Positions 9,715 through 19,861 of a DNA stretch of 64,000 nucleotides are shown here, piece by piece. The notes beneath the pieces were generated by a model. It made no database searches and had not been told where the DNA came from. It worked only from the letters and a program-made list of their open reading frames with translations. The DNA comes from an uncultured Holophagales bacterium. GTDB taxonomy: Bacteria > Acidobacteriota > Thermoanaerobaculia > Multivoradales > UBA5704. The stretch's first letter is position 1, and each line of letters begins with the position of its first letter. The translations under genes and the position numbers were made by a program. The stretch spans positions 477,625 to 541,624 of the forward strand of contig CAWJGT010000025.1 in assembly GCA_963842525.1 (NCBI GenBank). The letters are read 5' to 3'.

Positions 9715-10942
9715 TCATTCCGCGGGCGTTGAAGGGGCGATCGACCGCGGCAGCAGCACCCACATTCTCCCCGGATGCTTCATCCGCCCCGCGACCTCTT
9801 CGGCATCTCGGCCGGCTCCCCAGAAGACGTCGCCGCGGACCGGGCCGCGGATGGCTCCGCCGGTGTCCTGGGCGACGAGCAGGCGCCGGAGGGGGCGGTC
9901 GGGATCGCCCTCCTTGGGCGCCGGGGCTTCGGCGTCGAGCCAGACGGGGACGCCGAGGGGCCAGTGCTTGCGGTCCACGGCGAGCGAGCGGGCCGGGAGT
10001 GAGGGGGACGCCCTCGGCGCCGAGCGGACCCTCGCCTCGGATCTCGTCGAAGAAGACATAGGAAGCGTTGCGCGCCAGGACCTCCGGGGCGAGCTGCGGA
10101 TGCGCCTCCAGCCAGCTCCGGATCGACTGCATCGAGACCTCCTCCACACGCAGCGCCTTCCTCTCCACGAGATCGCGGCCGATCGCGAAGTAGGGATGAC
10201 CGTTCTCGGCCGCATAGCCGACCCGCATCTCGCCCCCTTCGGCGAGCCGGACGCGGCCCGAGCCCTGGATCTGGAGGAAGAAGGCGCCGATCGGGTCGTC
10301 CACCCAGACCAGCTCGAGACCCCGGCCGGCGAGCGCGCCCTTCTCGATCTCCTCCCGGTCCGCATAGGGGACCAGCTCGCCATCCAAGATCCGACCGGCG
10401 AGCCGGCGACCCCGCAGGTCCTCGCGAAACTTCCCGAGATCGACGCTTACGAGGTCGGCCGGCCGACTGTAGAGCGGCACGGTGTACCGGCCGCCGCGCT
10501 TCCGGCTGCCGCGCAGGAGCGCCTCGTAATAGCCCGTGAAAAGCCCGGTCCGCTCGCCCCGATCCGCGGCATTGCCTGCGGCAAACGGCCGGAAGTGCTC
10601 TTCGAAGAACGCCCGCGTGGCAGCCTGGTCCTCCTTCGGCACCTTCGCCGCCGCGGCGCAGGCCGATCGCCAGTCCGCGGCCGTGCCGGCGAAACCGGTC
10701 CCGCCCAAGGGGGCATCGTCCGGGAGCTTCCCCATCCGGGCGCACGAGCGGAGCAGGGGAGGCAAGGCCGCCGCGACATCGTCGTCTCGCCAGCCTGGAA
10801 GGTCAGCGAACGTGGCCGGTATGAGGGCGAGGCGTCCCTCCTCCTCTTCGCCGGTCTTTCGCGTGCGCAGAATGTACGCGAGGACCGCCGCGAGGAGCAG
10901 GAGAGCGGCGAGGGCGAGGATAAGGGTGGTACGGCGGGTCAC
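9715..10942 (-). CDS. mltA: Membrane-bound lytic murein transglycosylase A (frameshift near 9990, probably a read error)
   Basis: FTGYYE, FFLQIQGSGRV, RNASYVFF in one frame; SLAVD, AQDTGGAIRGPVRGDVFWG in the next. Confidence 0.85.
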
Positions 10943-11401
10943 AAGATTCCCTCCAGTCTCTTTCTCATGCGATCCACGTGCGTGCCGCGCCAGTAGACCC
11001 GGCCGCAGCCGGGGCAGGCGCGGAACTCTTCGTGGGTGCGGGCCACCCAGGGCGGCACCCGGGCGCGCGCCTGTTCGGCGGGGAGCGGTTCGAGAGGCGT
11101 GTTGCAGCGCAGGCAGCGCCGCAGGATCTGGCCCGGATCGGGCTCGATCCGCAGCTCCTCCAGCACCTGCTGGACCTGCTCGGCGACCTGGTCCGAGCGG
11201 ATCAGCAGATGGTTGTGCGCGAGCCGGCGCTCGACGAGACGGCGGTCCCGCGTAAGGATCGTCCGCCCCTCGGCCACTGCCCGGGTCGACCAGCTCGGGG
11301 TCGTCGAGGGACGGATCATAGGCGACGTCGAGGTCGAGGATGCGCAGCCAGCGGGCGAGAGCGCCCAGCATGGCATCGGCGATCAGCCGCGGCGCGCTCA
11401 C
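10939..11401 (-). CDS. Mut7-C RNase domain protein (frameshift near 11285)
   Basis: IADAMLGALARWLRIL, RTILTRDR, RCLRCN, CPGCGRVYWRGTH. Confidence 0.85.
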
Positions 11402-11799
11402 TCCAGGGATGGGTTTTTCAAGGCCCAGGCGACGCTCCAGGGGCCCGCCCCGCGGGCGGCGATGTAGAGGAAGGCGAAGCAGTAGATGACCGCCAACTCG
11501 CCTTGGTTCTGGATGGGCCAGAACGCCTGCGGCTTGAAGTGGGCCATGAAGTAGGCCACCGCCATGATGCCGCTGGCGAGGAACGCGGCCCAGCTCGCGA
11601 GCAGGCCGATCATCACCAGAGGCCGGCAGCCCAGCTCGATCACTCCTGCGAACCAGGCGAGCGATCCCACCGGCGGCGTCCCTCGGAGCCGAACGCCCCG
11701 GCCAGCTTCTGCATGCCGTGGCAAAGAGAACAGGAGCCCGGTGACGATCCGGAAGAGGGCATAGATGCGATCGGCGTGACGACCCAGGATGCGGCTCAT
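11398..11799 (-). CDS. DoxX family membrane protein (probable internal compensating indels)
   Basis: LFRIVTGLLF, ASGIMAVAYFMAH, PIQNQGELA, GAGPWSV. Confidence 0.8.
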   Translation of the reverse strand: MSRILGRHADRIYALFRIVTGLLFSLPRHAEAGRGVRLRGTPPVGSLAWFAGVIELGCRPLVMIGLLASWAAFLASGIMAVAYFMAHFKPQAFWPIQNQGELAVIYCFAFLYIAARGAGPWSVAWALKNPSLE

Positions 11800-11927
11800 C
11801 GGTAATCCTCCGTGGCAAAGGCATTATTGGAAACGCGGCCCGCCGCGAATCCTACATCCGCGGGAGAGCTTATCCGAAGAGGCTCAGTCCATCCTGCCGA
11901 ACCAGCCTCGCCGCTCCCTCCATGGAT

Positions 11928-12272
11928 CTACGCGTTTTCCAGCAGGATTCGCAAATCCACACCGTCCCACAGCCGTTCGCGCATGGCTTTGGTTTCGGCC
12001 AGGGCGCGAGCACCTAGCTCCGTGACGGTAAACACGCGGCGCGAGCTCGATTCCCTGGCGCCAGCGCGTGCCGAGGTGACAAGCCCTTTGGCCTCGAGAC
12101 GGTCCAAGGTGATGTAGACGGAACCAATGGAGACATCCCGGCCGGTCACCGTCTCCAGCTCACGGCGCACGTTCATTCCGTACGCCTCCGGAGCGGTCCG
12201 CAGAACGGCGAGCATCACTTGTTCTTCGAAGCTGCCGACCGGAGCGGCCTCAGAGGTTTTGGACAATTTCAT
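11928..12272 (-). CDS. PadR family transcriptional regulator
   Basis: GSFEEQVMLAV, AYG, SIGSVYITLDRLEAKGLV, RRVFTVT. Confidence 0.9.
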   Translation of the reverse strand: MKLSKTSEAAPVGSFEEQVMLAVLRTAPEAYGMNVRRELETVTGRDVSIGSVYITLDRLEAKGLVTSARAGARESSSRRVFTVTELGARALAETKAMRERLWDGVDLRILLENA

Positions 12273-12529
12273 ATCGGGCTCCCGAGTGAACGCAGGCTAC
12301 TGCTGCCGCAGCACGGGCGGAGGTACAAACCGCGCCACCAGACGCGGCGGGCCAGCGCAGGCAGAGAGCCCAGAACCTGTCGCCAGAGCCAGATTCTCGC
12401 GGCGAGCTGTCCCTCGGTTGCCGCACGTGCGGCGTGCTCCGCCGCCAGATCGTCGAGCACTTCCTCACGCTCTGCAAATGGGGTCAGAGATCGGAACAGA
12501 GCCGCAGGAACAGTGGCCTTATCAGCCAC
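12269..12529 (-). CDS. Small protein resembling the permease-prefix domain of acidobacterial ABC permeases
   Basis: EREEVLDDLAAEH...AARIWLWRQVLGSL; overlaps the PadR start. Confidence 0.5.
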   Translation of the reverse strand: MADKATVPAALFRSLTPFAEREEVLDDLAAEHAARAATEGQLAARIWLWRQVLGSLPALARRVWWRGLYLRPCCGSSSLRSLGSPI

Positions 12530-12550
12530 TTTAGCTTAAGAACGCGACCT

Positions 12551-13936
12551 CTACCGCCCGGCCGGCTTGGCCGGCGGCGCCTTCGTCTCGCCGAGGGCGA
12601 AGACGCTCTGGCGTCCGCGGACGATGACCATGCCGTCGACAATCGCCGGGGTGGCCATCAGCACCTCGCCCATGGGGTTGGTGGCGAGCAGCTCGAACTT
12701 GGGCCCGGCCTTGACGACATAGACCTCCCCGTCCTCGCTGGAGAAGTAGATCTTGCCGTCCGCCGCCACCGGCGAGGCGGTGAATGCGACGCTCTTCGTC
12801 CCGGCGATCCGCTCGCGGTAGAGCTGGGCGCCGGTCTTGGCGTCGTAGACGGTCAAGGTGCCGTTGTCGGCGCAGGTGTAGAGGTGGTCGCCGTAGACGA
12901 CCGGCGTCGGCATGTACGTGCCGCCGCGCGACTTGCTCCAGGCGATCGCATCGTTCGTCTCCTTGCCCTCGGGGAGTGTGATGTCCCCGTTCGCCGCACC
13001 CAGACGGATGGCGTAGATCGGCCGGACGGGGGCGTAGCCCGCGGTGACATAGGCGAAGCCATGGGCGGCGATCGGGGTCGGAGCGACGATCTCCGAGTTG
13101 CCGGAGAGGCGCCACAGCTCCTTGCCGGTCGCCGGGTCATAGCCGCGGATGTGCTTGGCGGCGTTGGTCACCAGCTCGGCGCGTTTTTCGGTCTCGAAGA
13201 CCGAGGGCGTCGCCCACGACGGGATCTCCTGGCGCTCCGTGCGCCAGACCTGGCGGCCGTCGGCGAGGTCGTAGGCGGCCAGGAAGGAGCCCTTCTGCAG
13301 GTCGGCCTGGACGATCACCAGGTTCTTGTAGAGGATCGGCGAGGCGGCGTACTCCCATTGGTACGAGGGGTCGTAGAACCAGCCGGCGTCGAGCACTCCG
13401 AGGTCCTTCTTCCACTTGAGCGTGCCGTCGACCGTGTAGCAGTAGAGGCCGGCGGAGCCGAAGAGGGCGACGACGTGCTTGCCGTCGGTCGCCGGGGTCG
13501 AGTTGGCGTGCGTCGCCTTGATGTGCCGCTTGACCTGGGGCACGCCGGTGTGGGCCACCTGCTCCCAGAGCACCTTGCCGGTCTTGCGGTCGAGGGCGAA
13601 GACGCGCCAACTGTGCTCGGCCTTGGTCTCGACCGAGTCGACGTCGCCGTAGAGCCCGTGGCGGAAGGTGGGGTTGGCCTCGGTCGACACGGCGGTCGTG
13701 ACGAAGACCTGGTCGCCCCAGACCACCGGGCTCGAATGGGCGAGGCCGGGGATCGGGGTCTTCCAGAGGACGTTCGTTCCCGTTTCGGCATTCCAGGCGG
13801 TGGGCGCCGTGCCCTCCGCCACTCCCGAGGCCTGGGTGCCGCGGAACGAGGGCCACGCCGCGGGAGCCGCCCCGGCGGCGGCAGGCACCATGCACAGGAG
13901 GAGAGCGGCAAGCGTCGGTCTGTAAAGATTTCTCAT
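12551..13936 (-). CDS. Secreted PQQ-like beta-propeller (BamB-like) protein
   Basis: Signal peptide, WPSFRG, HSSPVVWGD, repeated GK.LW motifs. Confidence 0.85.
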   Translation of the reverse strand: MRNLYRPTLAALLLCMVPAAAGAAPAAWPSFRGTQASGVAEGTAPTAWNAETGTNVLWKTPIPGLAHSSPVVWGDQVFVTTAVSTEANPTFRHGLYGDVDSVETKAEHSWRVFALDRKTGKVLWEQVAHTGVPQVKRHIKATHANSTPATDGKHVVALFGSAGLYCYTVDGTLKWKKDLGVLDAGWFYDPSYQWEYAASPILYKNLVIVQADLQKGSFLAAYDLADGRQVWRTERQEIPSWATPSVFETEKRAELVTNAAKHIRGYDPATGKELWRLSGNSEIVAPTPIAAHGFAYVTAGYAPVRPIYAIRLGAANGDITLPEGKETNDAIAWSKSRGGTYMPTPVVYGDHLYTCADNGTLTVYDAKTGAQLYRERIAGTKSVAFTASPVAADGKIYFSSEDGEVYVVKAGPKFELLATNPMGEVLMATPAIVDGMVIVRGRQSVFALGETKAPPAKPAGR

Positions 13937-14763
13937 GGTGTCTCTCTCTTCTTGAGCGGAGTCGAGGTCCCAGCGCGCTCGATGGTCATGCCGGTGACTT
14001 TCCCGGCTTCGCTCTGGAAAACGATCTTGAGGCCCGGGGCCTCCTCGACCCGGAAGGTCGCCGGGTCGACGGCCGCCAGGGTCAGGGCGCCGCCGTCGGA
14101 GGTCGCGATCAGCTTGCCATCCTTGACGGCGACCGTCACGCTGAAGCCCGTGCCGTCGAAGGTACCCTCGTAGGTCTTGAGGACGGCAGGATCGACAGCC
14201 ACAGCTACCGGCGGTTTGGCGCCGGCCGCTTCGAGGAGAGCGACGACCTCGGCCTGTTGGCTCTGGGAGGCGGTCGCCAGGGCCTCGCTCAACGTCTCGG
14301 GGCTCATTTCGCCACGCTCGAGGATCACTTTCACGACGGCGATGTGGCCCTCGCCGACAGCTCCCATCAGCGCCTCGGCCTCGCCCTGGGCACCTTTTGC
14401 AAGCAGCGACCGCACGATGTCGCCATGCCCATGGCCGACCGCCCAGACGAGCGGTGTGGCATTGTAGAAGCGGTCCTTGGTGTTGGCGTCGGCGCCGCGT
14501 TCGAGCAGGAAGTCGACGACCGCGGTGTGCCCCTTGTCGGCGGCGAAGGCCAGGGCCGTGCCGCCGTAGGCGTTGGCGGCGTTGACGTCGACGCCGGTGG
14601 CCAGGAGCTCCTTGACCTTTGCCAGGTCGCCGACTGTCGCGGCACGCCGCAAGGCGTCGCCGGGATCATCCGCCGCCAAGGCAGGGTGGGACGCAGCGAG
14701 CAGGAGAGTAAGCGCAAGGCAAAGCCCTGCCGCGGAAAGCTTCGGCATGATCGACTCCTCCAT
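13933..14763 (-). CDS. Secreted ankyrin-repeat protein with a C-terminal beta domain
   Basis: GVDVNAANAYGGTALAFAA, ATPLVWAV; signal peptide. Confidence 0.85.
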   Translation of the reverse strand: MEESIMPKLSAAGLCLALTLLLAASHPALAADDPGDALRRAATVGDLAKVKELLATGVDVNAANAYGGTALAFAADKGHTAVVDFLLERGADANTKDRFYNATPLVWAVGHGHGDIVRSLLAKGAQGEAEALMGAVGEGHIAVVKVILERGEMSPETLSEALATASQSQQAEVVALLEAAGAKPPVAVAVDPAVLKTYEGTFDGTGFSVTVAVKDGKLIATSDGGALTLAAVDPATFRVEEAPGLKIVFQSEAGKVTGMTIERAGTSTPLKKRETP

Positions 14764-14987
14764 CTCTTACAGAACTACGCACAACCCCGGCCCAATGTTT
14801 CCAGGCCCCCCTATTCTGCCATGCGCTGCACGCGGCGGGACCACTGGAGTCACCGCAGTGAGCGTCCATGGTCCCGTGCTGTACACTGCCGGCCCCCGGC
14901 AGAGGGTCGTGGCCGGCGCCGATCGCCTCCAGCCCCGAGTACCCCACCAGGTGCCACAAAGACGCGGCTTCAAGGTAGAATGGGACC

Positions 14988-15206
14988 ATGCGAGTAACCA
15001 CCGGAAGAGTCGTCAACGGCAAGATCGAGGTTCCTGACGAGGAGTTGGCCGAGGGGATGGTTGTGACCATCTTGGCGCCCGAGGATCAGGGCACCTTCAC
15101 CCTTGGCCCTGAAGCGGAGGCCGCCCTCTTGGCCTCGATCGAGGAGGCAGACCGCGGCGAGGTGATTTCGGGAGAAGAGCTCTTACGGGAGCTGCGGCGA
15201 GATTGA
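14988..15206 (+). CDS. Putative antitoxin
   Basis: 72 aa; SIEEADRGEVISGEELLREL; overlaps the ParE-like toxin start. Confidence 0.7.
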   Translation: MRVTTGRVVNGKIEVPDEELAEGMVVTILAPEDQGTFTLGPEAEAALLASIEEADRGEVISGEELLRELRRD

Positions 15207-15513
15207 GTCTGCGGCTGCCACTGCAAGTCACTCGCCGGGCCCGCCGCGAGATCCGGGCAGCCTCGGCATGGTGGGACGAAAGTCGTCCTGCTGCGCCCGA
15301 CGCGTTCCGGGACGCCATTGACAAGGCATTCGAGCTGATTTGCACTCAGCCGAGCATAGGGACGGCCGCGTCCAACGTCAGGCTTCCTGATGTGCGCCGC
15401 ATTCTCTTGAGCAAAGTTCAGTACTACCTCTACTATCGTGTAAAGAGCAACCCGCCTACGGTTGAAGTGGTGGCGACTGGCACACGAGCCGATACCCAGA
15501 TCTCAACCTGTAG
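15203..15513 (+). CDS. RelE/ParE family toxin (frameshift near 15477)
   Basis: RARREIRAASAWW, VRRILLSKVQYYLYYRV; shifted frame ends WHTSRYPDLNL*. Confidence 0.75.
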
Positions 15514-15577
15514 CGAAAAAACAAGCCGAGCCGGAAGCTATTCTCCGCTTGAGTCGGGGGCATGGGACAAGCGTGAC

Positions 15578-15637
15578 GGCCAACGTGATGCACCTCAGCG
15601 CGCGGCGTCAGCCGTCCGCTGGAGGTGCAGGTTGGGC
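15578..15637 (-). other. Integron attC site
   Basis: Minus strand GCCCAAC-CTGCACCTC-C-AGCGGACGGCTGACGCCGCGCGCT-GAGGTGCA-TCAC-GTTGGCC: R''/R' boxes, paired arms and an extrahelical C. Confidence 0.85.
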
Positions 15638-16203
15638 GACCCTTGCTCACCAGTTCCTCCGACTCTGACAGCCTGCGCCTCTATGCCTGAGGCCACCCCT
15701 GTGCCGCCTCTATCCTCGGCCGGAGCCTCCGATGCTGAGCGCCCGCTACGCAGAAATACATAGTAGCCAGATACCGCCACGCCCAGCATGAAGAAAACGG
15801 CCAACAAGCGCATTGCCAAGAGTCTCAATCTATTATATCTGCGACGCTTGGTCCAGAATTTCTTGGCAGAAGCAGTATCAGTGCTCTCGCTCTCAAGGCT
15901 CTTTGCCCAATAGCGAAAAAAGGCAGCGTCTAGCCCCCAGCCAATGAGCCCAGTGAGAACTGCTGCAACCATTAATACTATTGAAACCACGACAGCAGAG
16001 CGTTCATCGGAACTGAGTGGGGGCCTGGGTGGTTCAGTAAGCGCAATGAAGTACGTCGCCACACCTCCCGTTGCAAGTGAGACAAGCAGCTTCACCAAAT
16101 CAAACCCCGATGCCCGAGAGCGATCACGAAGAAGCTGCGGCTGTACGTTCCTTCCACTCTCAGCTTGGTTGAAGGTTGAAGTAGGTTCAGCCATCAATGT
16201 CAC
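15595..16203 (-). CDS. Cassette-borne hypothetical membrane protein
   Basis: Lower GC, about 3 TM segments, lies between two attC sites; reads into the attC (SPNLHLQRTADAAR*). Confidence 0.7.
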   Translation of the reverse strand: MTLMAEPTSTFNQAESGRNVQPQLLRDRSRASGFDLVKLLVSLATGGVATYFIALTEPPRPPLSSDERSAVVVSIVLMVAAVLTGLIGWGLDAAFFRYWAKSLESESTDTASAKKFWTKRRRYNRLRLLAMRLLAVFFMLGVAVSGYYVFLRSGRSASEAPAEDRGGTGVASGIEAQAVRVGGTGEQGSPNLHLQRTADAAR

Positions 16204-16227
16204 CTTTCGGCTTTAATCGACTGAGTC

Positions 16228-16299
16228 GCCCAACGCTGTGGGCCTCAGCGCGCACCTTGGGCGCGAGCCCAGGTGTCAGCTGGAGGCCCGGTGTTGGGC
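16228..16299 (-). other. Integron attC site
   Basis: Minus strand GCCCAAC-ACCGGGCCTC-C-AGC...GCTGAGGCCC-ACAGC-GTTGGGC, directly after a TAG at 16302-16304. Confidence 0.85.
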
Positions 16300-16301
16300 G
16301 T

Positions 16302-16545
16302 CTATATCGCGAGGCCGCGTACAAGAACTATAGCTGCCCATATGATTAAGCATACCTCGATGAGGACGAGCATTGTCTGTATCTGAGCCCACTTGGTGAG
16401 ACCTCGCGCGGAAGCAGCAAGGTCTCCATGCTTCATTTTCGTGAAGCTACGCTTGATTAGCCGACTCATCGGAGGGAAGAAGGCCTTCTCGCATTCGCGA
16501 AGAGCGACTGAAAGGTCAAGCTCAATCTTTTGATCAGCAGTAGAC
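16302..16545 (-). pseudogene. 3' part of a cassette gene truncated by the IS66-like element
   Basis: Open frame ...STADQKIELDL...IIWAAIVLVRGLAI* stops 2 nt before the attC. Confidence 0.6.
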
Positions 16546-18202
16546 GTATCTGTTTACCGCCCTAGTGCCGCCTTCCCCGAGCGGTGGCACGTCCGCAAGG
16601 GCTTGAAGTTCTCTTCTCGGCATGGTCTAATGTCTTTCAGGCATGCCGACTTACGAGGAACTCCTTCAAGAGAACTCTGAGCTTCGCCAAGACAACGGTG
16701 AGCTTCGCCAGCGGGTGGAGGAGCAGGAGCGCCAGATTGCGCACCTGAAGCGCCGAATCGTCGATCTGGAGAAACTTGTCGAGGAGCTACGGCGCCGGGG
16801 CAAACGCCAGGCTGCCCCCTTCTCGAAGGGAGATCCGAGCGAGGATCCCAAGTCTCCAGGGCGCAAAGCCGGGGATCAATATGGTCAGCAAGCGACTCGA
16901 GCTGTGCCCGATCACGTCGACGAAACCATCGTGGTGGAGTGCCCGCTGTATTGTGAGCACTGTGGGGGTCAGGTCATTCCGCAGGGCGAAGCTCGCCAGT
17001 ATCAGACCGATCTGCCGCCGATTCGGCCGGTGACGACGGAGTTCATCCTCCATTATGGGAAGTGCTCGGCATGTGGCCGGGAAGCTGTGGGGCGTCACCC
17101 GCGCCAGACTTCCCAGGCGTTCCGGGTCGGCAACGTGCAACTCGGTCCAAACGTGTTGGGGCTCGCCGCCTGGCTCAACAAGGTCGGAGGCTTGAGCTAC
17201 GGCAAGATCGCCGCGTTGCTGAAGGAGCTGGCTGGACTGTCTGTGTCGCGCTCGGCCCTGTGCCGCGCGCTGCTTCGCATGAGTAAGAAGCTGGAGCCCT
17301 TGTACGAGGAGCTGAAGGCGAAGATCCGGAGCTCTCCTGTGGTGTACCCGGACGAGACGGGCTGGCGGGAGGGGGGCTATAGCGTGTGGTTGTGGGTGTT
17401 CACCAATCGCAGCGAGACGGTCTACAGCATCCAGCCGGGTCGTGGCTATGCCGAGGCCTCTGAGGTCCTGGGGGAGGGCTTTGTCGGCGTGCTGGTGGCT
17501 GATGGTTGGGCTCCCTATCAGAAATTTGAAGAAGCGACTCATCAGACCTGTCTGGCGCATCTGTTGCGCCGTTGCGAGGAGCTGCTGGAGAAGGCGACAG
17601 GGGGTGCGGTGCGCTTTCCTCGGGCGGTGAAAGAGATCCTGCAGGCCGCCTTGGAGGCGCGAGATCAGCGGGACGCGGGCAAGCTCAGCGGCGAGGCGCT
17701 GGAGAAGGTCAAGCAGGACTTGGAGCTCCAGATGGAAAGGCGTCTGTCGGGGCAGTTCACGAACCCCGACAACCAGCGTCTGGCTCAGCATTTGATACGT
17801 CACCAGGAGCAGCTGTTTGTCTTCCTGGAACGCACGGATGTGGAGGCGACCAATTGGCCGGCCGAACAAGGGATTCGCCCGGCGGTCATCAACCGCAAGA
17901 CATCTGGGGGAAATCGGACGGCCGAGGGGTCCCAGGCGCAAGCGGTCTTGATGAGTGCCCTGCGCACATTTCAGCAACACCAAGTCGGGACACTCGAGAT
18001 CTTGCCCCAGCTTCTGCGCAGCCCCCAGCTACCGAAGCTTGAGGCAATACTTCCTGCGTCACAGCCACCGTAACAGTTCTCGCCACGAGTTATCCGTGGC
18101 TCCAGGTCGGTAGCCGCTCGCCCTCGTCAGGTCGCCTGGCCAGCGCGGACGTGTGTCCAGGGAAAACCTTCCCCAAAAGTGCCGCTGACGGTAAACAGAT
18201 AC
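16546..18202 (+). mobile_element. IS66-family (single-ORF, ISBst12-like) insertion sequence
   Basis: 14-bp perfect terminal inverted repeats GTATCTGTTTACCG; no flanking direct repeat. Confidence 0.85.
16643..18073 (+). CDS. IS66 family transposase
   Basis: Coiled coil, CEHCG/CSACG zinc ribbon, DETGW, QTCLAHLLR, TNWPAEQGIRPAVINRK. Confidence 0.9.
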   Translation: MPTYEELLQENSELRQDNGELRQRVEEQERQIAHLKRRIVDLEKLVEELRRRGKRQAAPFSKGDPSEDPKSPGRKAGDQYGQQATRAVPDHVDETIVVECPLYCEHCGGQVIPQGEARQYQTDLPPIRPVTTEFILHYGKCSACGREAVGRHPRQTSQAFRVGNVQLGPNVLGLAAWLNKVGGLSYGKIAALLKELAGLSVSRSALCRALLRMSKKLEPLYEELKAKIRSSPVVYPDETGWREGGYSVWLWVFTNRSETVYSIQPGRGYAEASEVLGEGFVGVLVADGWAPYQKFEEATHQTCLAHLLRRCEELLEKATGGAVRFPRAVKEILQAALEARDQRDAGKLSGEALEKVKQDLELQMERRLSGQFTNPDNQRLAQHLIRHQEQLFVFLERTDVEATNWPAEQGIRPAVINRKTSGGNRTAEGSQAQAVLMSALRTFQQHQVGTLEILPQLLRSPQLPKLEAILPASQPP

Positions 18203-18332
18203 CGTCAACCTTAATCCATACGGTCTCAAGATACGAAGACAGGACGCGCTCCTCGGACTCGTAAAGTAGAACCCCGATCACCAGGCTTGGTAGACCGAGT
18301 AGAACGCACAGAAGTCGCAGGATGATGGGCAT
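18203..18332 (-). pseudogene. 5' part of a cassette gene interrupted by the IS
   Basis: MPIILRLLCVLLG... runs into the IS end; GTTGACC core-like box at 18352-18358 just upstream on the minus strand. Confidence 0.55.
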
Positions 18333-18712
18333 GGCAGTTGTGAATCGGTGTGGTCAACAGCCTATGCTCATAGCTTTTGGTGTTTGGGAGCGGCGCGCTT
18401 GGCTCGGCTACAACAGAAGGTCCGAGCGACGCCCGACGACCAACCTATAATCACCATTGCCCGGTCCCCTTCTCGGCTGCCTTATTGCCTGTCTCCCAAA
18501 CCAACCGCGAGTAGCCGGAATATAGCAATGCCTCTATGCCCCTCGCATTCCACGACTTCGCAGTTATTTTAGGCCCCTGCAGCATCGACGTCAACGCCGG
18601 ATGCTCGTGTCATATGCTCGCTGGCAGGTCAGGATCGCGCTGGGCTGCTTAGACGCCCAGGCCTGGGAGGGTCTCGGCGCTGACCAACTGGCCCAAGGCT
18701 CTGCCGTCTGGC

Positions 18713-19030
18713 TCACACCCTCACGAACCGCGCCTCGTAGCGCCCCTTTCCCTGCCTTACCTGGCGCAGACGGCCGGTGCGGGTCAGGCGCCGGCAGACG
18801 TCGGACATCTGCCGGGAGGTGACGGGCTTGCGCAGCCGGCCTGCGAACCGGCGGTTCACCTCGGCGGCGAGCCACCCGGGACCAAAGTGCTGGTCCGCAC
18901 CGAACTCCGCCACGATCGTCCTCAGGATCAGCGTCAGGCGTGGTTTCGCAGCGGGACCGATGTCCGTTCCCTCGTCCGGCGGACCGACGGCGGGGGCGCG
19001 ATGCCCGATGAGCTCCAGGGCGGCGCGGAG
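18713..19030 (-). pseudogene. Duplicated 3' half of the 19862-20359 gene
   Basis: About 300 bp near-identical to about 19875-20178. Confidence 0.8.
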
Positions 19031-19043
19031 CGGAACCGTGCAC

Positions 19044-19766
19044 TCAGCTTCCGCGCCGGAGGCGTTCGAGCTCCTCGGTCAGAGCGCGAGCGCGGGCTTC
19101 CGCTTCCGCCGCACGCGCTTCGGCCTGCTTGGCCCGCTCCTCGGCGGCTCTCCGGGCAACTGCCTCCTCCTGCGCTCTCGCCTTCCACTCCGCATAGCTG
19201 AGGAGCCGCCGGCCGGTCTTCATATCGACCATCCGGAGCGAGGAGCCCTCCGGCGTGAACGCCACACCGATCGTCCGGCTCACCAGCGAGCCGTCCGGCT
19301 CCGGGCGTATCGGCCGGTACTCGCCTCGGACGAGGCGAAGACCCCGGAAACGCGGCTCCAGGTAATCTCCGAGAGGATCGAAGAGAAAGTACTCCTCGAC
19401 TCCCAGCCGCACATAGCGGCCCATCTTCGTGTCCAGATCCTCGTCGCGGGTCGTCTCAGAGGTCACTTCCAGGACGAAACAGGGAACCTTCTGCTCACGC
19501 CAGAGCAGATAGGTCTTCCGCCTCTCCTTCGAGACACCGCGGACCACGAAGACATCCGGTGCCACCGCGGCGGACCGGTTACCTCGTTCATAGTAGAGGA
19601 GCAGGTTGCCCGTCACGTACACCTCGGGGTCCGCCAGGAAATGATCCTTCAGCCCCTCGATGACATGCGTCATCGCCTCGCGGTGGACATCGCTCTCCGC
19701 CATCGGCTTGCCGTCGGACTCCGGGTATTCGATCTCGGGCTCGTGCGAGAGAGGGATCGCGGCCAT
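19044..19766 (-). CDS. Uma2 (DUF820) family putative endonuclease
   Basis: YPESDGKPMAES, APDVFVV, LEVTSETT, GVEEYFLFDP, C-terminal coiled coil. Confidence 0.9.
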   Translation of the reverse strand: MAAIPLSHEPEIEYPESDGKPMAESDVHREAMTHVIEGLKDHFLADPEVYVTGNLLLYYERGNRSAAVAPDVFVVRGVSKERRKTYLLWREQKVPCFVLEVTSETTRDEDLDTKMGRYVRLGVEEYFLFDPLGDYLEPRFRGLRLVRGEYRPIRPEPDGSLVSRTIGVAFTPEGSSLRMVDMKTGRRLLSYAEWKARAQEEAVARRAAEERAKQAEARAAEAEARARALTEELERLRRGS

Positions 19767-19861
19767 CCTGCATCCTTTCTCCAGCGAGTTGCGCAATCCC
19801 ATCACACTCACCCTTTCTGAGGCAACCGGCCGGCCAGAAGATCTTACCACCGGGGAACGGA

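Noticed and set aside
9677-11824. 715-aa ORF that looks like a DoxX/Mut7-C/MltA fusion
   Set aside because: Artefact of frameshifts threading three adjacent genes that have their own GTGA start/stop overlaps
16302-18332. Precise in-frame IS insertion into a single cassette gene
   Set aside because: The two halves sum to 374 nt, which is not a multiple of three
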